Origin: an uncultured Candidatus Saccharibacteria bacterium
GTDB taxonomy: Bacteria; Patescibacteriota; Saccharimonadia; Saccharimonadales; Saccharimonadaceae
NCBI GenBank assembly: GCA_947306745.1
Contig: CAMZHH010000001.1
Coordinates: 1,000 to 64,999 of the forward strand
DNA length: 64,000 bases
Direction: 5' to 3'
Below are positions 37,052 through 45,708 of this stretch, one piece after another. A model generated the notes under the pieces. That model was not told the origin of the DNA. It saw only the letters and a program-made list of their open reading frames with translations, and did not search any database. Position 1 is the stretch's first letter; each line of letters begins with the position of its first letter. A program made the position numbers and the translations under genes.

Positions 37052-37669
37052 TTAATAATCGTAACAGTAGTACATATTGTAACTAGATGTAAATATCGTG
37101 ATAGCTTGTTTGCCATCTTTCGTCTTCGTAATACCCATTTCCATCTCGGATAAATTATTCTGCTGATCCTGCACTACGCCATCCGTCATGAATTCATCCG
37201 ACTTAAATGTTACCATGTAGTAACTATAATCACCACTGCCATTCTTCTTATCTTCATCCTTGAAAGTATAAGTACCTTTATAATGATTATTCTTCAAATC
37301 ACCATATGGACCATAACGGAAAGTCATATCTTCGTTCAACTCAAGGGTAGTGCTATAGTTGTCGCGATCTTTTTCAGAACCCGTACCAGCAGCGCAATTC
37401 CATGTACCAGCCACATAATTATCCGAATTCGTACGCTCAATTTCTTTACCGATATCCTCAATTACTTGTTGAGTTTCATCACTTGTTGCTAGCTGAAAAA
37501 TTCCATTAAAAATCAAGAAAAATCCCACACATGGTAAAACCACAAATATCACAATCGCCAACACCACAAGACCAATAATCAAACCAGTATTCTTCTTTTT
37601 TGGTTCTACTGGCGCCGGTGTCGGCGTCGGTGCTGTTGGTTGTGCTGGAGGAACTTGTCCGTTATCCAT
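37052..37669 (-). CDS. hypothetical membrane-anchored protein
   Basis: 205 aa with a Pro-rich N-terminus, a single TM segment (GLIIGLVVLAIVIFVVLPCVGFFLIF) and an extracytoplasmic domain. Confidence 0.6.
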   Translation of the reverse strand: MDNGQVPPAQPTAPTPTPAPVEPKKKNTGLIIGLVVLAIVIFVVLPCVGFFLIFNGIFQLATSDETQQVIEDIGKEIERTNSDNYVAGTWNCAAGTGSEKDRDNYSTTLELNEDMTFRYGPYGDLKNNHYKGTYTFKDEDKKNGSGDYSYYMVTFKSDEFMTDGVVQDQQNNLSEMEMGITKTKDGKQAITIFTSSYNMYYCYDY

Positions 37670-37679
37670 ATTTTCCTTT

Positions 37680-38516
37680 CTAATTCTTTATATAATTATA
37701 ATAATTTTCTAGCTCAAATACTAAATTCATCACTTCTTCATACAACTTCTGATCACGTCGCCAGTCTTTCGCGTAAATAAACTCCAACCAGCGCATCTTT
37801 CCATTCACGCAAACATACTTCAAATATTCGCTATCGTTAAAATCTGCATATTTCCGATATTCCTTGAGATATGCTTTAAATTTTTCGTCGTCAATCTTAC
37901 CTTTCTCATAAGAAAAAGTTAACGCACTCTCATATGCGGCGCAGGTAGGATTCACCTTACTTACTGCATCAAAATCTACCAAGTATGATTCATCGTCGCG
38001 CCATAAAATATTTTTTGGCTTATAGTCGTTATGCGAAATTACGACGTTTTTCTTTGCGTTTGCAATTCCTTTATTACATCTCTGAATTAAATCTTGAATA
38101 TTATCGTTCTTTATATCGAGCTCTATCTTCTTATAGTCGCAACTAAGGGAAGAGTTAGTATTCAAATTATGTATTTGCGCCTGAATTTTCGCTAGTTTCT
38201 TAATATCATCTAAGCTCAGACGTTTTCGCGTATCATTATCGAAGTACTCGTATATCACATAATACCCTTGCGCCCCCATACAAAAATCACTAATCGGCAA
38301 AATGCACTTAATGCCATTTTCGTTCCATATCTTACTGACTTCTACTTGCGCACGTCGCTTTTCCAATAAATCGTCGTCGTAATACTTAATCACATAGTGG
38401 CCGACATTCGTAAATACGTCGAAAACCTGGTTCTGATAGCTGTCTATACCTCGAATACCACTAATTGCACCGAGACTCCTATTTGCTAAGATTTTCTCTA
38501 TTTCATCGTGCATCAT
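37680..38516 (-). CDS. APH/choline-kinase-family phosphotransferase
   Basis: 278 aa. ISHNDYKPKNILW....LVDFD is the Brenner/APH catalytic motif (HxDxxxxN...D). Confidence 0.7.
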   Translation of the reverse strand: MMHDEIEKILANRSLGAISGIRGIDSYQNQVFDVFTNVGHYVIKYYDDDLLEKRRAQVEVSKIWNENGIKCILPISDFCMGAQGYYVIYEYFDNDTRKRLSLDDIKKLAKIQAQIHNLNTNSSLSCDYKKIELDIKNDNIQDLIQRCNKGIANAKKNVVISHNDYKPKNILWRDDESYLVDFDAVSKVNPTCAAYESALTFSYEKGKIDDEKFKAYLKEYRKYADFNDSEYLKYVCVNGKMRWLEFIYAKDWRRDQKLYEEVMNLVFELENYYNYIKN

Positions 38517-38552
38517 ATCTATTATTATACTATTTATGCTATATTTTTATTA

Positions 38553-39242
38553 ATGAACCCCAATTCAGCGCCAAAATCAAAAACAAGAAAATACGTCATT
38601 ATCTTACTTGTTATCTTATTGATTGTGATACTAATCATCGTAGCCGTATTCAGTTATCCCTTTATTCTCGCGGCTACTAGTCGTGAATATCGCACTATCG
38701 ACAATATACCGAGTCCAATTCAAAACTCCGTTTCGGGGAACGTCAACACAAGATTATCTGGCTCCAACTGGAGCGCTAACGCTAAGCATCTCGCCTCATA
38801 CCAAATCGAAGGTTTAGTTGTTGGCTTAGACGACTACACTACTAATTCGCTCTATGATAGGGTTTCACCAAGAGATATCAGTCTCGCTTGGGGTGACATG
38901 GCTGCTCATAACAATCTAATCACTTGGGAGCGCAGCCATCGCGAGATGAATGCAGAGGTTAGCCTTTTTGCTGAAATCGTCATCGGTAAAAAGTATGACG
39001 AACTGTTTTCACAATATTCTAACAACCATCTCATATTTAACGACGACTCCGTTCGTGAAACCGCCCTTAGCGTTAAGCGCGGCGACCATATTATAATCAC
39101 CGGCTCTCTTGTCGATGTCACTATTCGCGATAATAATGATCGTAATGCCTACTACAAACTCACCTCTAGTCTGCGCCGTGACGATGACGGCGATGACTCT
39201 TGTGAAGTAATCTTAGTAACAGATATAAAGATACTAGATTAA
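38553..39242 (+). CDS. hypothetical single-pass membrane protein
   Basis: The internal ATG (MNPNSAPKSK...) follows a TATATT box and avoids overlap with the divergent kinase gene. The TM segment is VIILLVILLIVILIIVAVF. Confidence 0.55.
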   Translation: MNPNSAPKSKTRKYVIILLVILLIVILIIVAVFSYPFILAATSREYRTIDNIPSPIQNSVSGNVNTRLSGSNWSANAKHLASYQIEGLVVGLDDYTTNSLYDRVSPRDISLAWGDMAAHNNLITWERSHREMNAEVSLFAEIVIGKKYDELFSQYSNNHLIFNDDSVRETALSVKRGDHIIITGSLVDVTIRDNNDRNAYYKLTSSLRRDDDGDDSCEVILVTDIKILD

Positions 39243-39285
39243 TCCCACCCCTTATATTAAAATTACCCTATAAGAGGAGTGTGTG

Positions 39286-40773
39286 ATGAAGAAATATAAC
39301 TTCAAATATCTTTTGTGGGCAATTATTACAGCGCTAAGCATCAACCTGCTACCATTTGCAGCCATCTATGCTGAAGGGGAATCATCAAATCAAATCGTTA
39401 GGACTTCTAACCAGTCCTATGCGACAACAGTCGAGGTACGTTATAACATCTATAACCGCTCACTCAATATCAGTTACGAGCGCATTCTCACTTCCGACGA
39501 AATTATGGGTGATATTGATAGCGCAAGTGTTAAAAAAGTTGTCGAAGAATATACAACTCAGATTAAAAACGAAATTGGTGGCTATGAGACTCACGCCGAC
39601 GTCGTCACTAATATCGAAGATAATACTCAAACCGTCGTCACTAAAACCGACGAAATGACTACGATTACTGGCAAGAAAACGGATGGCACAGAGGAGGTTA
39701 TTAAAGCTGATCCATCTATGCTCGATGAGCTATATCCGGATTATGACGGCATCTTTTATATAAATACCGCCCAGACGAGGCATCAAAAATATACCGTAAC
39801 TCATACTTCTACCGTTGAATACCAATTAATTGATAATGTCGATGTTACCGTCGCTCAACCGACTGTTGGTACCGAGATATCCAGATGCGAAGAGCGTTGC
39901 ACGAACGAGCAAAAGAACACGCCAATCGTAGCTCCTTCTGAATCTATCAAAACAGACTCTAGCAACTGGGTTACAGAAGAAAGCAACTATAATCAAAACT
40001 ATTACGGTACTATCGAAAAAGATACCGATTATTATGCCTATCTAAATCTTTCCACCAAACATGGCTTCATGTTTAGTAATACGCCAGATATTACCGCTAA
40101 TGGCGAAAAGCCGTATGATAACCTCGGCTTCCGCGACAATCTCGCCGTTACTATTATTGTAAAAGTTCTTAGCACAATCCAACCGTCTAAGTACACCATT
40201 CTCTATGGTGCGAATCAAACCTACCAAAAGGAAGACGTCATCATTAAAGCCAGTGGTGATCTGGAAAAACTTCATGACATTATGTTAAACGGCGCAAAAC
40301 TAAGTCCAGATTTCTACAGTCTCGTTAGTGGCAGTACAGTTCTTACTATAAAATCCTCTTATCTCGACACCTTACCTGCCGACACATACACCGTAACCTT
40401 CGTTTATGAGGATGGGGAAGTTGAAACTAATCTAATTATCCCGGAAGGGACCACTACTCCAGACGAACCAACCACCCCAGATGAACCAACCACCCCAGAC
40501 GAACCGACCACTCCAGTCACACCAGGCCAAGACCCAGTCGCTCCAAGCGAGGGTGAAACTGACGATACTCAAGATGAAGACGATCCAATCGTACCAGCTG
40601 AAACCAACCCTACGCAAACCGCAGAGACTACGCCAAAGGCTGTAGCTATTACAAAATCGACTGGTATTAAAAACCCTCAAACATCAGACGACATTCAAGC
40701 TAACTTCGCAATTTTCCTACTTAGCATCGTCGGCTTCTTAGGCGCTGCTATTACTATTAGCAAGAAAAAATAA
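39286..40773 (+). CDS. secreted surface protein with PTTPDE repeats and C-terminal sorting-signal-like tail
   Basis: An AGAGGAG RBS precedes ATG 39286. It has an N-terminal signal peptide, three PTTPDE repeats, and then NPQTS, a hydrophobic stretch and KKK at the C-terminus. Confidence 0.75.
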   Translation: MKKYNFKYLLWAIITALSINLLPFAAIYAEGESSNQIVRTSNQSYATTVEVRYNIYNRSLNISYERILTSDEIMGDIDSASVKKVVEEYTTQIKNEIGGYETHADVVTNIEDNTQTVVTKTDEMTTITGKKTDGTEEVIKADPSMLDELYPDYDGIFYINTAQTRHQKYTVTHTSTVEYQLIDNVDVTVAQPTVGTEISRCEERCTNEQKNTPIVAPSESIKTDSSNWVTEESNYNQNYYGTIEKDTDYYAYLNLSTKHGFMFSNTPDITANGEKPYDNLGFRDNLAVTIIVKVLSTIQPSKYTILYGANQTYQKEDVIIKASGDLEKLHDIMLNGAKLSPDFYSLVSGSTVLTIKSSYLDTLPADTYTVTFVYEDGEVETNLIIPEGTTTPDEPTTPDEPTTPDEPTTPVTPGQDPVAPSEGETDDTQDEDDPIVPAETNPTQTAETTPKAVAITKSTGIKNPQTSDDIQANFAIFLLSIVGFLGAAITISKKK

Positions 40774-40776
40774 CTA

Positions 40777-40803
40777 TTAGCACTCGACGCTTGACAGTGC
40801 TAA
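40777..40803. promoter_or_regulatory. CIRCE operator (HrcA binding site) overlapping the groESL promoter
   Basis: TTAGCACTC-gacgcttga-CAGTGCTAA versus the consensus TTAGCACTC-N9-GAGTGCTAA (one mismatch). TTGACA (40791-40796) lies within it and TACACT is 17 nt downstream. Confidence 0.85.
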
Positions 40804-40850
40804 TTTACCGCGCTACACTAAAGATATACCAATTCATTAGGAGGAAATAC

Positions 40851-41105
40851 ATGGCAATTAAACCACTAGCTGATCGCGTCGTCGCAAAGAAAGATGCCGC
40901 CCTCGAGCAAACCGCCTCTGGTATTCTTCTCGGCGAAGCCAAAGAAAAACAGAATACCGCTATCGTTGAATCCGTCGGTCCAGATGTCAAAAATGTAAAG
41001 AAAAATGACCGCATTCTTTATCGCGAATTCGCTGCTACTGAAGTTAAAGTTAATGGGGAAGAATATCTCATTATTAAAGAAGAAGATATTCTTGCCACCC
41101 TCTAA
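40851..41105 (+). CDS. groES: co-chaperonin GroES
   Basis: 84 aa from the internal ATG after the AGGAGG RBS. MAIKPLADRVV...ASGILL... is canonical GroES. Confidence 0.95.
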   Translation: MAIKPLADRVVAKKDAALEQTASGILLGEAKEKQNTAIVESVGPDVKNVKKNDRILYREFAATEVKVNGEEYLIIKEEDILATL

Positions 41106-41121
41106 GGAGATTATATAAATT

Positions 41122-42744
41122 ATGGCAAAGAAAGTATTCTATGATGCTGAAGCGCGCGAGAAAGTTCTCGGTGGCGCTAAGGCTCTCTATGATGCCGTTA
41201 AAGTTACATTTGGTCCAAAAGGCCGTAACGTCGTAATCGAAAAAAGCTATGGCGCTCCAACCATCACACATGATGGCGTAACTGTTGCCGAAGCTATCGA
41301 TCTTGGGAAAGAAGACGATGAATCCCTCGGTTATCAAATGGGCGCAAAACTCATTAAGACCGCTGCGCAAAAGCTTAATAAAGTTGCCGGCGATGGCACG
41401 ACTACTGTTACCGTATTAACCTACAACATTATCGCTGAAGCTAATAAGCTCATTGCCGCCGGCCATAACCCAATGGATCTCCGCAAAGGCATCGAAGCTG
41501 CTGGCGCCGAAATCGTTAAAGGCATCAATAAAACTGCCGAAAAAATCGATGGCGACAGCCAAAAGATTGCCGAAGTTGCCACCATTTCCGCTGGCGACGC
41601 CGAAATCGGCAAACTTATTGCTGACGTAATTGAGAAAATCGGCAAAGATGGTGTCGTCACTGTCGAGCAAGGTCAAGGTCTCGAAATGCAATCCGAAATT
41701 ACCGAAGGCTATACCTATGATAAGGGCTTCGCTTCCGCATTCTTCGTAACTGATCCAAACCGCCAAGAAGCCACATTCGACAAGCCTGATATTCTTATCA
41801 CCGACAAGAAAATTTCCGCCGTCAATGATATTGTTCCTTTCCTCGAAAAAATGGCTCAGGCTGGTCGTAAAGACCTCGTCATTATCGCCGAAGAGGTTGA
41901 AGGTGAAGCACTCAGCGTGCTCGTACTTAATAAACTCAAAGGCGTCTTTAATACGCTCGTTTTGAAAGCTCCAGCCTTTGGCGATCGCCGCAAGGAGATT
42001 ATGGAAGATATCGCTATCCTTACTGGCGCTACCGTTGTTTCCTCAGAGAAGGGCATGAGTCTTGAAAGCTCCGGCCTCGAAGTCCTTGGTTCTGCGCATA
42101 AGATTATTGCCACAAAAGATGAAACTACAATCATTAAAGGCGCTGGTTCTTCAGCTGAAGTTAAAGCTCGTATTGCTCAAATTGAGGCTCAAGCCGAAGC
42201 TTCTACTTCCGATTACGAAACTGGCGAATTTAATAAGCGCGCAGCCGCTCTCAAGGGTCGCGTTGCTGTTATTAAGGTCGGTGGCGCTACCGAAACCGAA
42301 ATCGATGAAAAGAAATACCGCGTCGATGATGCTGTAGCTGCCACAAAGGCTGCTCTTGATGAAGGTATTGTCCCAGGTGGCGGTGTCACTTTAGTTAATC
42401 TCAGCAAGAAGCTCAAAGACGACAATGCTGGTGTAACTATTCTTAAGAACGCCCTCAAGGCACCATTTACCCAAATCATGGAGAATGCCGGTCTTAATAG
42501 CCAGGCCCTCTTAGCCCAAGTTGAAGATGCTAAAGACGGTCAGGGTATTAACGTTATGACTCCTGAAAAAGGCCTCATTGACCTCAAGAAGGAAGGCGTC
42601 ATTGATCCAGCTCGTGTTACTCGCGAAGCTGTCCAAAGCGCAGTCAGCATTGCAGCTACAACTATCACTATGGGCGCACTTATCGTGGAGCTCCCAGAAA
42701 AGAACCCAGCCCCAGCCGGTGGCGACATGGGTGGAATGTACTAA
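41122..42744 (+). CDS. groEL: chaperonin GroEL
   Basis: 540 aa. AKKVFYDAEAREKVLGG...AGDGTTTVTVL...GGVTLV with a C-terminal GGDMGGMY tail. Confidence 0.97.
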   Translation: MAKKVFYDAEAREKVLGGAKALYDAVKVTFGPKGRNVVIEKSYGAPTITHDGVTVAEAIDLGKEDDESLGYQMGAKLIKTAAQKLNKVAGDGTTTVTVLTYNIIAEANKLIAAGHNPMDLRKGIEAAGAEIVKGINKTAEKIDGDSQKIAEVATISAGDAEIGKLIADVIEKIGKDGVVTVEQGQGLEMQSEITEGYTYDKGFASAFFVTDPNRQEATFDKPDILITDKKISAVNDIVPFLEKMAQAGRKDLVIIAEEVEGEALSVLVLNKLKGVFNTLVLKAPAFGDRRKEIMEDIAILTGATVVSSEKGMSLESSGLEVLGSAHKIIATKDETTIIKGAGSSAEVKARIAQIEAQAEASTSDYETGEFNKRAAALKGRVAVIKVGGATETEIDEKKYRVDDAVAATKAALDEGIVPGGGVTLVNLSKKLKDDNAGVTILKNALKAPFTQIMENAGLNSQALLAQVEDAKDGQGINVMTPEKGLIDLKKEGVIDPARVTREAVQSAVSIAATTITMGALIVELPEKNPAPAGGDMGGMY

Positions 42745-42773
42745 ACATCTCCTATTTAAACCTCACACACAAC

Positions 42774-42798
42774 AAATCCCCCAAATGGGGGATTTTTG
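42774..42798 (+). terminator. intrinsic terminator of groESL
   Basis: Hairpin atccccc-aaat-gggggat followed by T5. Confidence 0.8.
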
Positions 42799-42876
42799 TT
42801 GCATATCATTATTTTTCATGTTATAATAATCAAGCTTTGTAACAAAGTGTTCTTTGTTCGAAAGGAAGGTAAGAAT

Positions 42877-43095
42877 ATGAGTTTTTCATCAATTCTTCAG
42901 TCCATTTTACATCCTCGCAAAAAAGCAGGGAAGCATTCGACGCACCAGCACATTGGCTTTGATCCGAACCTTGGGCTTGTTTGCCCGTACTGCCATGGTA
43001 CTGGTTTCCGAAACAACAGTAACCCTATCACCGCTATTTCACTCCAGCCTCAACGCTGTAATGTTTGTGGCGGCAGTGGCCGCATTCCCTGTTAA
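42877..43095 (+). CDS. DnaJ-type zinc-finger miniprotein (two CxxCxGxG motifs)
   Basis: 72 aa from the ATG after the AAAGGAAGG RBS. It contains CPYCHGTG and CNVCGGSG. Confidence 0.6.
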   Translation: MSFSSILQSILHPRKKAGKHSTHQHIGFDPNLGLVCPYCHGTGFRNNSNPITAISLQPQRCNVCGGSGRIPC

Positions 43096-43116
43096 ACGGG
43101 AATCCTTTCATCTACA

Positions 43117-43141
43117 ACCGCCCAGCCTTGGGCGGTTTTTC
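43117..43141 (+). terminator. intrinsic terminator
   Basis: Hairpin accgccca-gcct-tgggcggt followed by T5. Confidence 0.8.
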
Positions 43142-43147
43142 CATTGC

Positions 43148-43180
43148 AAAAATACCACCGGAGGAGTGGTGGTATTTTCC
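43148..43180 (-). terminator. intrinsic terminator for minus-strand gene 43195..43746
   Basis: Hairpin ataccacc-ggaggagt-ggtggtat with a T-run on the minus strand. Confidence 0.7.
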
Positions 43181-43194
43181 TAGATTAGATATTT

Positions 43195-43746
43195 CTACTG
43201 TGCAGGATTCTCATCAACTTTCATTGCAATACCGAGACGGTCGATCGCGTCAACGATATAAAGCAATGCTTCCGCGCGAGCCCTATCGTCTTCGATTTGC
43301 TTCGCAGCGTTATAGGCAAGCTCAATACAAGCTTTATCATCAGTTAAATCAATAATTTCTTTATAAATCATGAATTTCTTCTCCACTGGAATATCGACAG
43401 TTTCGAGAATAGGGCGCAAATCACTTAATGCAGAAGCTTTCACGCGGGCTAAATCAGGATCGCCATAAGCAGCCTTAATTGCCTCTTCCATCACGTTCTT
43501 CGTCTCCGGGCTAACGGTATTAGCTGCTACTGGTTCTGGAGCTGCCGCTGGAGCAGAAACTGGAGGCATCGCCGCTGCGAGATCTGCCGCTGAAACTTCT
43601 GGGACTGCCATTGCCGGTGCCGCACCTGCTGCTGAATTGTCCAACATTTGCGACATATCGACTGCGCCGGTCTGTCCACCGCCACCCGTTATACTATTAA
43701 TCGCTGCTTGCAACTCATCTTGAGTCGCCCCATTTGCTTGGTCCAT
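43195..43746 (-). CDS. hypothetical protein (Ala/Pro-rich N-half, helical C-half)
   Basis: 183-aa ORF with coding-like composition. No family was recognised. Confidence 0.6.
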   Translation of the reverse strand: MDQANGATQDELQAAINSITGGGGQTGAVDMSQMLDNSAAGAAPAMAVPEVSAADLAAAMPPVSAPAAAPEPVAANTVSPETKNVMEEAIKAAYGDPDLARVKASALSDLRPILETVDIPVEKKFMIYKEIIDLTDDKACIELAYNAAKQIEDDRARAEALLYIVDAIDRLGIAMKVDENPAQ

Positions 43747-43805
43747 TTATTGCCCACCTTTTAACATTTATCTAATCTATTTTATTCAACTATAACACGC
43801 TTAAG

Positions 43806-44276
43806 CTAAATTCTCAACCATCGAACTAGCTTGTCTAATGCATCCAATTTGACTGGTTCCATCGGTAGGTGACCACCAAATACGTCTACAATCTGCTCTC
43901 CCTCAGTTTCAGGGAAGGCCACAATCATACGTGGCGCTAAGCGTTGTTTTGGAATTAAGACAATCGAATAATGCGTAGATTCTTCTAGCACGCCAAAAGA
44001 CTTAAACTGATCAAAGGTATGCAAATTATTACCTTCAGATAAACCTTTATCGGATAGGGAATAGTGCAGCACGCGCGGCTTACGCAAAGTGTAAGTCAAC
44101 AGTGCTACTACGGCCACTATAATTAAAATCAAAAATGATATTTGCTTTAACCAAATTGCTAAGCCACATAACAATAGAGTAACAACAGCTAGGCCTACGT
44201 ACCACCCAGCGTTTTTCTTGTACTCAACGTACTCCTTGGCCTCCCAATTCACGATCGTCTTATTTGCCATAACCAT
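43806..44276 (-). CDS. hypothetical membrane protein (two TM segments then soluble domain)
   Basis: 156 aa with a hydrophobic hairpin WYVGLAVVTLLLCGLAIWLKQISFLILIIVAVVALL. An alternative start is at 44270. Confidence 0.6.
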   Translation of the reverse strand: MVMANKTIVNWEAKEYVEYKKNAGWYVGLAVVTLLLCGLAIWLKQISFLILIIVAVVALLTYTLRKPRVLHYSLSDKGLSEGNNLHTFDQFKSFGVLEESTHYSIVLIPKQRLAPRMIVAFPETEGEQIVDVFGGHLPMEPVKLDALDKLVRWLRI

Positions 44277-44331
44277 ATTGTATCATTTTTTTACACGTAC
44301 AACAAAAAATGCCCATTTAATGAGCATCTTT

Positions 44332-44424
44332 TGGCGGAGGGTGAGAGATTCGAACTCTCGCACCAGCTTTCGCCAGTCTAACGATTTAGCAAACCGTCCC
44401 CTTCAGCCACTTGGGTAACCCTCC
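44332..44424 (-). tRNA. tRNA-Ser (anticodon GCU), CCA encoded
   Basis: Reverse complement GGAGGGTTACCCAAGTGGCTGAAGGGGACGGTTTGCTAAATCGTT...GAGAGTTCGAATCTCTCACCCTCCGCCA, with a long variable arm. Confidence 0.9.
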
Positions 44425-44551
44425 AGGTAACTCCTATTTTATCATGTTTTCGTTCATCTGAAAAGCAAGCAATTTTTAGCTCCTTATGTTTGCATAATGC
44501 TAAATATTTATGTATAATTTAAATAACTTTTAAGGATAAGTTTATATAAAT

Positions 44552-44953
44552 ATGAAAAACATCATCAAAACTGCGAGCAGAGTAATGACCGGAGCAGCCG
44601 CCACCGTCACTATTCTTGCTGGTCGCGTTATGGCAACTGTTGGAAATTATGAAAACCCTGCTCAGGCTGGCGCTGAAGCCGCTCGTGCAAATGGCATGCC
44701 GGCCGAATTAGTTGGCGTTAATGGCGTTTTCACTAAGATTACCAATACGGTTCTTTATGCCGTTGGCATCATTTCCGTTATTATGCTTATTTACGGCGGT
44801 TTACGTTATGTAGTATCCGGTGGCGACAGCAAGAAAGTTACCGATGCAAAAAACACCATCATGTACGCTATTATTGGCCTCATCATTGCAATCCTTGCAT
44901 ACGCTATCGTTAACTTCGTCATCAGCGCCGTTGGTGGCGGTACCACCGTCTAA
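44552..44953 (+). CDS. VirB2/TrbC-like T4SS pilin-like protein, paralog 1
   Basis: 133 aa with an N-terminal signal-like segment and a C-terminal two-helix hydrophobic hairpin. The loop motif GGLRYVVSGGDSKKVTDAKNTIMYAIIGLII...IVNFV is shared with the six genes at 46338-49193. Confidence 0.7.
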   Translation: MKNIIKTASRVMTGAAATVTILAGRVMATVGNYENPAQAGAEAARANGMPAELVGVNGVFTKITNTVLYAVGIISVIMLIYGGLRYVVSGGDSKKVTDAKNTIMYAIIGLIIAILAYAIVNFVISAVGGGTTV

Positions 44954-44955
44954 AC

Positions 44956-45660
44956 TTATCCACTTTTTGCAATTATCATTGCGCCAACTCTAGTTATCTC
45001 TCGCTCGCAAAATCTTCGTGCAGCCTCAAGCATGCTACTTCCAGTAGTTCAAACATCATCTACTAAAATGTAGTACTTATCACAGCTTATATCTCCTTTT
45101 AAGGTATAAGCCGTTTTTGCTTGCTCTTTACGTTTATCCGCATCAGCACCAACTTGTGTCGCATTATTACCACGTACCAATAGCCGAGCGCATTCTACAC
45201 GCTCTAGGCGCGCTAAGCGCCGCACTAGCAGTCATGTATGATCAAAACCTCTTTCGCGTATGTGCTTGCTAATTGTCGGCAGGGGAACTAAAACGGCATT
45301 TTCTGGGAGCGATACGCATCGTGCTACCATTTCAGATATTATTTCGCCGCATGACCGTACAGAATTGTATTTGTAATTATTCACTAACTCCTTTAGTACA
45401 CCAATCCTTTTTCCTAAATGGAATTGCCATTTAAAGGGAAGAGGGCAGTTTAGGCATTCATTATTTCACAACAATTCGCCACACGACAAACATCTTTCCA
45501 CATGTGCCGATGTGATGTATTTTTTACAACATTCACATAGAATTCCACCATATTTTCCACAGGATAGACAGGGTTGAGGGCAAAAAATCTCACCCAAATG
45601 CCAAAATATTGTATTTTTCACAACAAAAACTCCGTTTTTCTTGATTTTAAGAGTAAACAT
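44956..45660 (-). pseudogene. comF: comF (ComFC-type amidophosphoribosyltransferase-like competence gene) with three in-frame TGA codons
   Basis: The 235-codon frame has no frameshift. It has an N-terminal CxxC zinc-finger pattern, LVPLPTISKHIRERGFDHT and the PRT motif YYILVDDV*TTGSS. TGA codons are at 45466-45468, 45232-45234 and 45049-45051, and the terminal stop is TAA at 44956-44958. Confidence 0.75.
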
Positions 45661-45708
45661 CCATATAATAAAGCTTAAGAGTGTAATTAGTGGAGGAAAA
45701 AAATTATT

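Noticed and set aside
41416-42728. Antisense and alternative-frame ORFs within groEL (41416-41766, 41856-42134, 42213-42479 and others).
   Set aside because: They are shadow ORFs of an unmistakable groEL.
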